Source: Patescibacteria group bacterium
GTDB taxonomy: Bacteria; Patescibacteriota; WWE3; UBA101185; UBA10185
DNA: 64,000 nucleotides
Assembly: GCA_026004595.1 (NCBI GenBank)
Contig: BPJL01000003.1
Coordinates: forward strand, 34,984-98,983
Direction of reading: 5' to 3'
The notes under the pieces are model-generated. The model was not told the DNA's origin. It saw nothing but the letters and a program-made list of their open reading frames with translations, and made no database searches. Positions 54,482 through 63,701 of the stretch are shown here, in pieces. A program made the translations under genes and the position numbers. The stretch's first letter is position 1. Each line of letters begins with the position of its first letter.

Positions 54482-55072
54482 TTACTTGTTACGCAACTTT
54501 TTTGCCCTATCAGCAGCTCTATTAAGCATTTCACTCATTCTCTTCGCAATCAAACTTAATCCTTTCACTCCTCCTCTTTGGGCCTGTACGATGGCCCAGT
54601 TAGGAATATTGAGATAAAGAGGTCCTCCGGAGTCCTCCCTATCCAGCTTTTTCTTGATATGCGCCGCGTTTTTTTCTTTAAGTGGATCTGCAGTAGTTAA
54701 ATCAAAATTAATTTTTAAAAAACCATCTTCAGAATGAGCATTATCTTTCAATGCAATGTAAATAACAAAATCTCCTTCTCCCTTCCAATCACTTGTACCG
54801 GGCAAATGCCCGATGTAATAAGTGCCTTTTGGTACACCTTGCGGAGGCGGAACCTCCCCCGGTTCAAGACGTTTCATCTCAAAATAATTGCACAGAACAT
54901 CCATAAGTAAATCCTCACTTCTATGCCCCTCACTTGCTGCCCATCGTCTATAATCTTCCTCTGTAAGTCCAAATTCGTCCCTATCACTCTTCTGTGATCC
55001 CTTTTGTGCTTCTTTTTCGGGAGTCTGTACAGAACCTCCCCCACTCGAATTTTTTTCTGTATCTAAACCCAT
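54482..55072 (-). CDS. Hypothetical protein, 196 aa
   Basis: Clean ORF with TGGTATACT 10 nt upstream; possible PD-(D/E)xK-like spacing of acidic residues. Confidence 0.7.
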   Translation of the reverse strand: MGLDTEKNSSGGGSVQTPEKEAQKGSQKSDRDEFGLTEEDYRRWAASEGHRSEDLLMDVLCNYFEMKRLEPGEVPPPQGVPKGTYYIGHLPGTSDWKGEGDFVIYIALKDNAHSEDGFLKINFDLTTADPLKEKNAAHIKKKLDREDSGGPLYLNIPNWAIVQAQRGGVKGLSLIAKRMSEMLNRAADRAKKLRNK

Positions 55073-55167
55073 TTACACCCAGTATACCAAAAAGTCATAT
55101 AAGCTAAATACTTCAATCTAACCAAAACCTTGCAACTCAAACCGCCTCAACTTATCATATATGCAGA

Positions 55168-57109
55168 ATGTTTCCGCCAAAAACTGCCCTGAAAAAAATT
55201 ACTTTTTTCCTTATGCCGGCAATACTTGCCCTCTCTATGGCACAGCCTTCGTTTGCCGAAAAAGACCCTCCCTACACCAGCTTATCCAAAACCCCAGCCC
55301 TTCCCAACGGCAAGAACAATTGGTACGTAACGCCCGTCAATATCGTTCTATCATCTACAGATTTGGGAAGCGGGGTTTCAACTATCAATTACAGAATAGA
55401 CGGCGGAAGCTGGGTTGTGGTACGCAAATCTGATACTTTAAATCTCGCCCCCAACCCTTCTTTTGAAGTACAAGATCCTAGCTCCTCAATAAACACACAA
55501 GCATGGGAGGCGGGGCTTCAAGATATATATACAACCTACAGCCGGGATACAATCTCCCCTCTTTTTGACAGCACTTCTATAAAAATATACGCCAACGCTG
55601 CGGGGGTGGCACTCAATAAACAACGCCGCAAACTATGCAGTAGCCAATCCTCTTAGCAGTATGAGCGCTGAAGTCTGGCTGAAAACAACATCGGCAAGCG
55701 GAAATGCTTATTTCAAAATGTACGCCGTTTCTCAAGATGTAGAGGGCAATTTTATTTACACTCTTCTTGGCCAAAGTTCCAGCATCACGGGATCGACAGA
55801 ATGGGTAAAGTTGAGCTTAAACTATACAGTAAGCATAACCGACGCTATCGGTGTTTACATGGATGTTGGTCTTGATGGTGTAGGAATTCTAAACATAGAT
55901 GGAGTCTCGATAAATAACGCCTTAAAATCTGCAGATACCTCCTTTACGGTGTCTACCGATGGCAATCATACAGTTGATTACTACTCCACAGATCGTTCGG
56001 GCAACGTTGAACCAATTCAGTCCGCCTTTTTCAAAATTGATCAAACACCTCCTGGAAACTGGCGCAACTCAAACGCCTATCGTGGGCTATTTGGCCCAAG
56101 CGACCATCACTTGTATGTAACAACCGTTGTCGATGACCTAACTTCAGGACTCTCAACCCTGACTGACAAGTACCAGTATCATACCGAAAATAATCCGGGC
56201 TACGGAGTCTATTCGGATCTGATGAGGTGCTCAAGCACTTGGCAACCAGGCGGATGGGCTATTTTAATATCACCCCCGTTTCTACCCGGATCAACCACGG
56301 CTATCCTGCTTACACCAAAAACGGATTTTTGCAACAGCAACTGGAGAATATGCAAAACTGTAAGGTTCTACGCCGAAGATATGGCCGGAAATTCCGCCTA
56401 CAAGGACCTTTGTATAAATGGCCCTTGGATAAAAATCAGAGGAGGGGGCATATTTGGAAGTCGTTCGGGAATTAATATGCTGTCAGAATCCAACGAAGCC
56501 AATACTGACAGCGTCATAGAAGCCGGAAATTCGCAGGTTAGTTTCTTCACAAGCACGAGGGGATGGGTAGTAAAAGATAATATCATTGACACCGATTTAT
56601 CCTACAGTGAACTCCGGGGCATGACAAAAGTCCCGACCGAAATTACTTCAACCCTCCCTATGACAGACGGTGTATTCATCAAAAACGGGTCTTTGACCAT
56701 AAACTCAACCTCTACCCCAAGAAATTACGAGACTACAAATCTAAAACAGGTTATTTTTGTCAATGGAAACTTAAGATTTGACAGAGAGCTGCTGCTCTCC
56801 CAAAATGCCGCCGTTCTGTTTGTTGTTTCCGGCGATGTTGAAATAAGGAAAACCGTTTCTGAAATAAACTGCGCCATACACTCAGATGGCACTTTCTACA
56901 CCGCATACGACACATCAGAAGGTGATCAAACAAGTACTCTAAAATTAAATGGTGTTTTTGTGGCAAATAAGTTCATTTTTCAGAGGACTTTGCAGGGAAC
57001 AGACAACATTCAAATTCCTTCAGAAGAATTTACCTACAGCCCCAAATACGGATACCTGTTACGCCAATATATTGGAACTAACGCTGTAAGGTGGCTAAAA
57101 ACAGAGTAA
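55168..57109 (+). CDS. Secreted/surface protein with Ig-like and carbohydrate-binding-like domains; frameshift near 55605
   Basis: Signal peptide ending PSFA; SSTDLGSGVSTINYRIDGG and DGNHTVDYYSTDRSGNVE Ig-like halves; NLAPNPSFE CBM-like start; VNGNL/VSGDV repeats at C-terminus. Confidence 0.75.
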
Positions 57110-57141
57110 CAGCACACAGGGTTGAACATGGATCTGACTAA

Positions 57142-58530
57142 TCAGATCTTTCTCTTTAGCTTAAATTTCCCGTCCGGCAGATCTTCTATCTCATAACCCA
57201 TATCCATTAATTGCTTTCTGGCTTGATCTGCCTTATCCCAGATTCCGGCCCTTCTATATTCAGCGCGCGTCTTTGCCATATCTATTACTTTTTGGGGCGT
57301 TTCGAGGGCAAGATTCTCTTCCATCCTCAAACCTAAAACTGTATCCATTTTAAGCAAAGTTGCCAATTTTTCGGGTTCGCCCACTTCGGCTTTAATCATC
57401 TCCCATACAACCGCCAGCGCCTCCGGCATATTCAAATCATCGTTAATCTTTTCACCAAATTTTTTGATAAAATCTTTTGACACTTTTGCCGAAGGATCCC
57501 TGCTGTAACTCCTGGCCAGCTCATACAACTTCTTTAAGGCATTTTGAGCACTTTGCAACCCTTCCCAAGTAAAGTTTAACTTACTTCTATAGTGAGAAGT
57601 CATAAAAAAATATCTCAAGGCCATAGGGTCAAAACCTTTCTTTTCTATGTCAGTTAATGTATATGCGTTTCCCAGGCTTTTTCCCATTCTCCCACCATCA
57701 ACCATCATATGTGCTCCATGAACCCAATATCTCACAAACTTTTTTCCGGTGGCGCACTCGCTCTGAGCTATTTCGTTTTGATGGTGTACCATTCTCAAGT
57801 CCTCACCGCCGACATGTATGTCAATTGTATTTCCCAACTCTGTCAATGACATCGCAGAACATTCAAGATGCCACCCAGGGAATCCAGTCCCCCAAGGAGA
57901 TGGCCACTCTTGAGAACGTTTGACACCAATTGGCGAGAATTTCCATAAAGCAAAGTCCGTGGGATTCTTTTTTTCAGGATTTGCTTCCACACGAGCTCCT
58001 TCCATTACATTTTCGACCGTGTAACCTGATAATTGTCCATAACTTTCAAATTTTGACGTATCAAAATACACACCGTCAGTAGTTGTGTATGTGAATCCCT
58101 TTTCTTCTAATATTTTGACCAGCTTAATTTGCTCCTCAATGTATTCCGTTGCTCTAGTAAATTTCTCGGGCTTCAAAAAGTTCATTTTTTCATAATCCTG
58201 CATAAATCTTTTGATGTAATAATTGGCTATTTCTATCGCTGACTTTCCTTCTTTAGCAGATGATTTCTCCATACGGTCTTCCCCTGTGTCAGCGTCACCG
58301 AGATTGTCTCCAGTCAGATGCCCGACATCCGTCAAATTCATAATAAACTTAACTCTATGGTCATTAAACAGTAGCGTTCTATATATTAAATCCGAAAGGG
58401 TATATGTCCTAAAATTTCCTATATGGGCGTGGTCATAAACAGTAGGGCCGCATGCGTACATTGTAACCATCTCAGTGTTTAAAGGACTGAAGTCCTCAAT
58501 TTTTCTTGTAAGGGAGTTATATAGCTTCAT
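57142..58530 (-). CDS. cysS: Cysteine--tRNA ligase
   Basis: YACGPTVY, HIGN, DFALWK, PGWHLECS, HHQNE, RMGKSLGN (KMSKS variant). Confidence 0.97.
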   Translation of the reverse strand: MKLYNSLTRKIEDFSPLNTEMVTMYACGPTVYDHAHIGNFRTYTLSDLIYRTLLFNDHRVKFIMNLTDVGHLTGDNLGDADTGEDRMEKSSAKEGKSAIEIANYYIKRFMQDYEKMNFLKPEKFTRATEYIEEQIKLVKILEEKGFTYTTTDGVYFDTSKFESYGQLSGYTVENVMEGARVEANPEKKNPTDFALWKFSPIGVKRSQEWPSPWGTGFPGWHLECSAMSLTELGNTIDIHVGGEDLRMVHHQNEIAQSECATGKKFVRYWVHGAHMMVDGGRMGKSLGNAYTLTDIEKKGFDPMALRYFFMTSHYRSKLNFTWEGLQSAQNALKKLYELARSYSRDPSAKVSKDFIKKFGEKINDDLNMPEALAVVWEMIKAEVGEPEKLATLLKMDTVLGLRMEENLALETPQKVIDMAKTRAEYRRAGIWDKADQARKQLMDMGYEIEDLPDGKFKLKRKI

Positions 58531-58590
58531 TAAGAAGATTTTATCATAACCAAAAAAAACTTAAATGGGGGTGGAAGATGATGAATAGGA

Positions 58591-59238
58591 TTAGTTGATC
58601 TCATGACGACCTTCAAGAGCTCTACCTAAAGTCACATCATCTGCATATTCAACATCCCCTCCAACAGGAAGGCCTCGCGCAATACGGCTTATTTTTACTT
58701 TGGATTTATCTAATCCCCGTTCTCGCAAAGCCCTGGAGATGTAAAGGGCTGTTGACTCTCCCTCCATACTCATATTAGTCGCCAAAATCACTTCAACAGG
58801 TTCATAATCTTCCAGGCTTTCAAAGGTCAATTCCTCTGCAATTTCGGCTACTCTATCTACCAATTCCTTTATGAAAATTTCTTCGGGCCCTACGTTATTG
58901 AGAGGATCTATTATTCCATGCAAAACGTGGTAGACACCTTTGAACCCAGCTCTCTCAATAGCAAAAGCATCTAAAGAGTTGGCTACGACAACTATCATTC
59001 TCTTATTTCTTGCAGGATCGCCACACACAGAACAAATATCATTTTCTGATACATTTTTACATATAGAACAGAGTTTGGAGTTCTTCTTCAGGTTTTCAAG
59101 AGCTCCGGCAAAATCTTCCAACTCCTCTTGAGGAAAATGGAGCAAGTAGAAAGTAAGCCTTTGTGCAGTTTTTGGGCCAATGCCTGGTAGCCGCTCAAAA
59201 GATTCTATTAACTTGCTAATTGATTGGGGTAATTTCAC
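58591..59238 (-). CDS. recR: Recombination mediator RecR
   Basis: LPGIGPKTAQR HhH, C4 zinc finger, YHVLHG, EVILATN, RIARGLPVGGDVEYAD. Confidence 0.97.
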   Translation of the reverse strand: MKLPQSISKLIESFERLPGIGPKTAQRLTFYLLHFPQEELEDFAGALENLKKNSKLCSICKNVSENDICSVCGDPARNKRMIVVVANSLDAFAIERAGFKGVYHVLHGIIDPLNNVGPEEIFIKELVDRVAEIAEELTFESLEDYEPVEVILATNMSMEGESTALYISRALRERGLDKSKVKISRIARGLPVGGDVEYADDVTLGRALEGRHEIN

Positions 59239-59250
59239 TTGTCTATTCTA

Positions 59251-60876
59251 TCAAATTAAAGGGAGGGTTCCATCAAACGCTTCAATAACGGAGTCCTTAC
59301 TGAATGCGGTATCGGCGGGGGCAATATTTAAGTCGGTTAGGTTTCCGGTTTCCCCGATCTTTAAAGTTTTCGGTCTTTCCTTGCTCAAAACGCATTTTAA
59401 AGACAATTTCGCTTCATATATTTCTGACATCAGTTTTTCAACAAGTTTTCTGTTTTGGGGAGATTCCAATCTCTCCTTGTGAAAGGGATAAAAAACCTCA
59501 AGTATGACAAATTTACCTTCAATTCCTACAGGTTTTCCCGACTTGAGAAGAACTGTTAAGGAATGATTCAGCTCACGGCTTCTTTTTATAAATTCCTTCC
59601 ATTTTCCTTCTAAGGTTTCAAGAGATAACAAAGAGTTCTCTTCATTTACCTCTTTTTTCTCTTCAACTGCTTCGCTAATCTCTTCAGAACTCTCATCTTC
59701 TGGCTCGTCTTGTGACTCCTCATCAACTTCATCTAATGTCGTCTTTTTTCGCTTATTTGAAAATTCTAGAGAAACACTTGGTAAGTTATCAGAAACCAAA
59801 TTATTCTCTTCACTAACCTCCAACGGGTTTCCGATCTTCGCCAAAGCTATTTCTACTGGAAGCTGGGGAATGAATGAGGATCTAATGTTTTTGTGTTCCT
59901 CTAAAATTGCGCTCATTGCGTTAAGTATCCAGTTCACCGATAGTTTTGATGCTTGCTTTATCATCTTGTCCAAAATTTCTGCAGTTGCGCCTGTCACTTC
60001 CTCTTTGACACCCGATTTTATGAAAAGCAGTTCCCGAAGATACCTTAGATACTCACCTACCCAAACATACAAATCCAATCCCTCCTCGTAAATCTTGGAC
60101 ACCATCTTGATCGCCGAACCAACCTCCCCCGACATCAACAAATCTGTCATTTCAACATAAGCCTCCTTTGAGCCCATACCCACCAACGAATCAACACTGA
60201 TTTCTCCGTCGGCCACTTGCTGAAGAAGGGTCTCGGCATCCCTAAAACCGCCTAGAGAGGCCAGAGCAATTTTTTCCAAGTCTTCTTCCGAGATCTTTAT
60301 TTTTTCGCTCTTGACAATTTCTTTGAGTTTCTGCAAAAGCTGGGGCAAAGTCGCTCTTTTGAATCTAAACACCTGGCATCTTGATTTTATTGTGTCAGGC
60401 ACTTTGTGAAGCTCGGTTGTGCAAAGAACAAAAGTTGTTTTTCTTGGCGGTTCTTCCAATGTTTTCAAAAGGGCATTAAAAGCTTCGTTAGTCAACATGT
60501 GAACCTCATCAATTATATATACCTTATTCTTGCCCATAGTCGGGGCAAGCTTTATTTTGTCCTTGAGTTCGCGGATGTCGTCAATTCCCCTGTTGCTGGC
60601 GGCGTCTATCTCAATCATATCTACGAATGAACCTTCCTTTATGGCTACGCACGAGGAACATTTATCACAGGGGTCACCCTTTGAAGTAATATGGGGGCAA
60701 TTTAGAGCCTTGGCTAAAATTCGAGCTAATGTTGTCTTTCCTGTGCCTCTTGGCCCTACAAAAAGATACGCGTGGGACGTCTTTTCATTTAGTATCTGTT
60801 TGGAAAGGGCATCAGCCGCATCATTCGGTCTGCAAACATCGCTGAATTTTTGCGGACGATACTTAGTATAAAACAT
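59251..60876 (-). CDS. dnaX: DNA polymerase III gamma/tau
   Basis: MFYTKYRPQKF (ATG 60876), GPRGTGKTT, EIDAASN, IDEVHML, NALLKTLEEPP, SRC. Confidence 0.96.
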   Translation of the reverse strand: MFYTKYRPQKFSDVCRPNDAADALSKQILNEKTSHAYLFVGPRGTGKTTLARILAKALNCPHITSKGDPCDKCSSCVAIKEGSFVDMIEIDAASNRGIDDIRELKDKIKLAPTMGKNKVYIIDEVHMLTNEAFNALLKTLEEPPRKTTFVLCTTELHKVPDTIKSRCQVFRFKRATLPQLLQKLKEIVKSEKIKISEEDLEKIALASLGGFRDAETLLQQVADGEISVDSLVGMGSKEAYVEMTDLLMSGEVGSAIKMVSKIYEEGLDLYVWVGEYLRYLRELLFIKSGVKEEVTGATAEILDKMIKQASKLSVNWILNAMSAILEEHKNIRSSFIPQLPVEIALAKIGNPLEVSEENNLVSDNLPSVSLEFSNKRKKTTLDEVDEESQDEPEDESSEEISEAVEEKKEVNEENSLLSLETLEGKWKEFIKRSRELNHSLTVLLKSGKPVGIEGKFVILEVFYPFHKERLESPQNRKLVEKLMSEIYEAKLSLKCVLSKERPKTLKIGETGNLTDLNIAPADTAFSKDSVIEAFDGTLPLI

Positions 60877-61347
60877 AAACAAGTTAACTGTATTACAACT
60901 AGCCAACAGGATACAACCAATCTGTATTGGTACAAGAGGGAGTATGACTGAAAATACCAACCTGCATGAGCGGAAATAGTGAGTTTTTATTATATCTGCG
61001 ATATAAAAATTCTTTTATTGATTTGCGAGTTTTAGCAAATAGAGAAACATGGACAAATTTTTTTGGATGTCCCACACTGTCTCTGGAATGCCGACTCGGA
61101 ATCAAGAAGTTTGGATATTTTTCAAGGCTTTGTATTATTATTCTCTCCAGGAAAGGTTTAAAGCCGATGTACTATGTTAACACCCCCAGCAAAAAGAATC
61201 AGGAAAAATTGATATTACGATCTGGGATGTTGGGCCATATTCTTTATAACACCCAATCTCAACCCCTACATCTCTAGGGGACCTGAAAAATTTAACTACA
61301 CACTTAAAAAAATTAGCCTCTAACGCAATTTTCTTGCTAAAAAATTA

Positions 61348-61412
61348 CCGGAGGAGACAAGTGTAAAGCCAAAATCTATTATGAAATTGGTTATCTCACT
61401 ATGCTCCTCCGG
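61348..61412. repeat. 65-nt imperfect inverted repeat
   Basis: CCGGAGGAG...CTCCTCCGG outer stem; inner AGTG/CACT and CCAA/TTGG pairings. Confidence 0.7.
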
Positions 61413-61423
61413 ATCGATGCTGT

Positions 61424-61705
61424 TTATTTAGGTACTGCTGGAGCATCACCAGCTAACAATTGGGTGGCCAAATCCAAAACCACCATTGACAGTGAGTTGA
61501 TTTTGTTTTTGTACTGCAACTCATCGGCTCGACATTGCCCGACCAAAGACATGCTATACTGCAACTGAGCCTTTAATGCCTCGTTCGATAACTTCAAATC
61601 GGCAATTTCGGTCTCAAAAGCAGAGACTTTGACGAAACACACAGATGTGAAGACAACTACAATTAACAGAGCGATCAACCCGATACGTACATTTGACAGT
61701 TTCAT
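61424..61705 (-). CDS. Hypothetical protein with signal anchor and coiled coil, stand-alone orphan
   Basis: SD AAAGGAGAG; hydrophobic N-terminus followed by heptad-rich helix. Confidence 0.7.
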   Translation of the reverse strand: MKLSNVRIGLIALLIVVVFTSVCFVKVSAFETEIADLKLSNEALKAQLQYSMSLVGQCRADELQYKNKINSLSMVVLDLATQLLAGDAPAVPK

Positions 61706-62040
61706 TGTCTCTCTCCTTTTTTAGGTTTAGGGTATTTATCGTATTATTCTTACACTCCCTCTGCATATATCAAATGTCGATACTCACAGAGGGTGCGCAA
61801 GAAACTTTAGCCATGTAGTCGCTATTAAAATTCCCAATAAACCCACTAGGAGACAAACCGCAATTATCAAGATACAAGTAAAACAACTGTCAAATGCCTA
61901 TGGCTGCTCCCCCCCCCCCCAATTTACGGGCATAATAATTGTATGTCTCTGACCTGTCAATACTATAAGGGTAAAATTAACCCAAATGATGGTGCTGCGA
62001 TATTGCCTTGAGACATACCTCGATGGCTTTAGTTGAGTGG

Positions 62041-62547
62041 TCATAAGCCTTCAGAAAGAAGGGTGCCTACTTTTTTAATCTTCTCCAACTCTTCGGAGCT
62101 AAAATCCTTAAGTACAAAGTTTTCCACGGCTATTTCAGACTCAGCGGGAGGTCTTCCTATACCAATCCTGACACGCTCAAAATCTTTAGTACCCAGCTTC
62201 TCCATAATATCCATAACTCCTTTGTGCCCGGCGTGTCCTGCGCCAAACTGCCTTTTCATCTGCCCGAAAGCCAAATCTACATCATCATGAATTACTAAAA
62301 TATCCTCCGCATTAACACCAAAAAACTCTTTCGCGGCGGCAACCGCCTCTCCCGAATTGTTCATAAAAACCTGCGGCTTAAGAAAAAGTACATCTCCGTT
62401 CTTGCATATTTCCGACTTCAGTTTTCGTGATTTTTCCCAGGAAAGACCTTTGGCGTTCACAATTTCATCTACAACAATAAAGCCAGTATTATGACGGCAT
62501 TTCGCATATTTTTCTCCGGGATTTCCGAGCCCGACCACTATCTTCAT
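62041..62547 (-). CDS. pth: Peptidyl-tRNA hydrolase
   Basis: VGLGNPG, RHNTGF, KPQVFMNNSG, HDDVD, GHKG, RVRIGIG. Confidence 0.97.
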   Translation of the reverse strand: MKIVVGLGNPGEKYAKCRHNTGFIVVDEIVNAKGLSWEKSRKLKSEICKNGDVLFLKPQVFMNNSGEAVAAAKEFFGVNAEDILVIHDDVDLAFGQMKRQFGAGHAGHKGVMDIMEKLGTKDFERVRIGIGRPPAESEIAVENFVLKDFSSEELEKIKKVGTLLSEGL

Positions 62548-62879
62548 CGTCCGCTTCCCTCCCCCACCTCACCATCTCCCTCATGATGAACTCCAAGCAA
62601 ATGCAATACACCGTGAGCTGCAAGATCCGCTATTTCATGCTCGAGATCATTTCCGTATTTTTGAGCCTGCCTCTTAGCCTGGTCTCTATTTACCACCACA
62701 TCACCCAAATAATAAGTGCCGTCTTCACTTTTATCATTGATTGGAAAGGACAACACATCTGTGGGGTAGTCTCGCCCCAAATGCTTTTTGTTAAGCTTAC
62801 GCATTTCTTTATCGCCAACAATTGAAAAGGAAATATAGATATTCTCTTTCTTAAGAGTGTCAAGTATTCTCTTGCTCAT
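62544..62879 (-). CDS. ybeY: rRNA maturation endoribonuclease YbeY
   Basis: PTDVLSF, LGDVVV, HGVLHLLGVHH. Confidence 0.93.
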   Translation of the reverse strand: MSKRILDTLKKENIYISFSIVGDKEMRKLNKKHLGRDYPTDVLSFPINDKSEDGTYYLGDVVVNRDQAKRQAQKYGNDLEHEIADLAAHGVLHLLGVHHEGDGEVGEGSGR

Positions 62880-63208
62880 TTATTTCTCGGCGTAAATTGA
62901 CCCTGCGGCTCCAGCTCAAAAGGGAACATTTTAGCAAGCTCCTCATATACAGCCAATTCTCTCTTTTCTTTCTCTACAAGATCGGTTCTGCCTCCTTTTT
63001 CAAAAAGCTCGGCCGCCTCCTTCCTATTTTTTATCTGCTTTCTAATAACTTTGAAAACATCCTCATCAGTTAATTCTTTTTGCTGGCCGCGAAGCTCTAT
63101 TTCCTTGTTTTGAACCTGAGAAATCAAATACCTCACCACTCCGAGCTTAAATGTATCGCCAGACTTTTGAAGGTCAAAAACCATTTTTCTTATCTCGTCA
63201 AATATCAT
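62876..63208 (-). CDS. GatB/YqeY domain protein
   Basis: KQIKNRKEAAELFEKGGRTDLVEKEKREL; follows rpsU. Confidence 0.88.
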   Translation of the reverse strand: MIFDEIRKMVFDLQKSGDTFKLGVVRYLISQVQNKEIELRGQQKELTDEDVFKVIRKQIKNRKEAAELFEKGGRTDLVEKEKRELAVYEELAKMFPFELEPQGQFTPRNK

Positions 63209-63396
63209 CCTCTTAGCCTTTCAAACTTAAACTTTCGTTCCAGTTCCTTAAACTTTTGCCTTTTTAACTCACTTGGTTTTCTATAGTGAGCCCTATCTTT
63301 TATTTCATCTAAAATACCGGATCTTTGGACCTCCCTATTGAACCTTCTTAAAGCTTGTTCCAAAGATTCGCCATTTCTAATCTTTATTTTTGTCAT
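63205..63396 (-). CDS. rpsU: 30S ribosomal protein S21
   Basis: GESLEQALRRF...GIL...YRKPS. Confidence 0.93.
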   Translation of the reverse strand: MTKIKIRNGESLEQALRRFNREVQRSGILDEIKDRAHYRKPSELKRQKFKELERKFKFERLRG

Positions 63397-63701
63397 ATAA
63401 ATAAGCAGGTCTTATGAATTAGTGCTAACATTTTATACCTGCTAAACAATAAACACCTCCAAACCCTTTTACTTAAAATAAAATATGTCTTTCAAAGTTA
63501 TTCACATTTTTGGCAATCTCTACTCCTGTTTGTTACTTATAGAGTGCGCTACACACATGGAGCCATCAGATTCTACCAAAAACATCTTATGGATTCTAGT
63601 ATATTCTGAGAGTCAAGTTTTTCCTATTCAAATGATAGTCAGCAAGCTTGAAACTATAAGGTAAAAAGAAATTGCTCAATCTCTTGTCATTACAAACCAA
63701 A

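Noticed and set aside
17950..55660. Many frameshifts in pilT, pilB, gyrB, gyrA, hppA, dnaB, efp, prfA, rpmE and others as pseudogenes or programmed frameshifting
   Set aside because: They hit essential genes, many fall in homopolymer runs, catalytic motifs are intact on both sides, and 1-17.6 kb and 56-64 kb are clean. Long-read indel error is the simplest explanation.
57675..57690. CysRS RMGKS in place of KMSKS as a sign of inactivity
   Set aside because: The catalytic second Lys, the HIGN motif and the Zn ligands are retained; this is ordinary variation.
60877..61340. N-terminal extension of DnaX, ORF 60966-61277, or SRP RNA/tRNA upstream of dnaX
   Set aside because: DnaX homology begins at MFYTKYRP (60876); no SRP domain IV motif or cloverleaf was seen; the ORF has no support.
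1016..63286. Numerous 60-190 aa ORFs antisense to or overlapping recognised genes (for example 2263-2667, 2606-3040, 29992-30534, 30908-31492)
   Set aside because: Shadow frames of real genes with no motifs or initiation signals of their own.
63421..63506. CIRCE-like half site (TTAGCACTA on minus) and a single TTATTCACA DnaA-like box
   Set aside because: The second CIRCE arm is missing, and one degenerate box is expected by chance.
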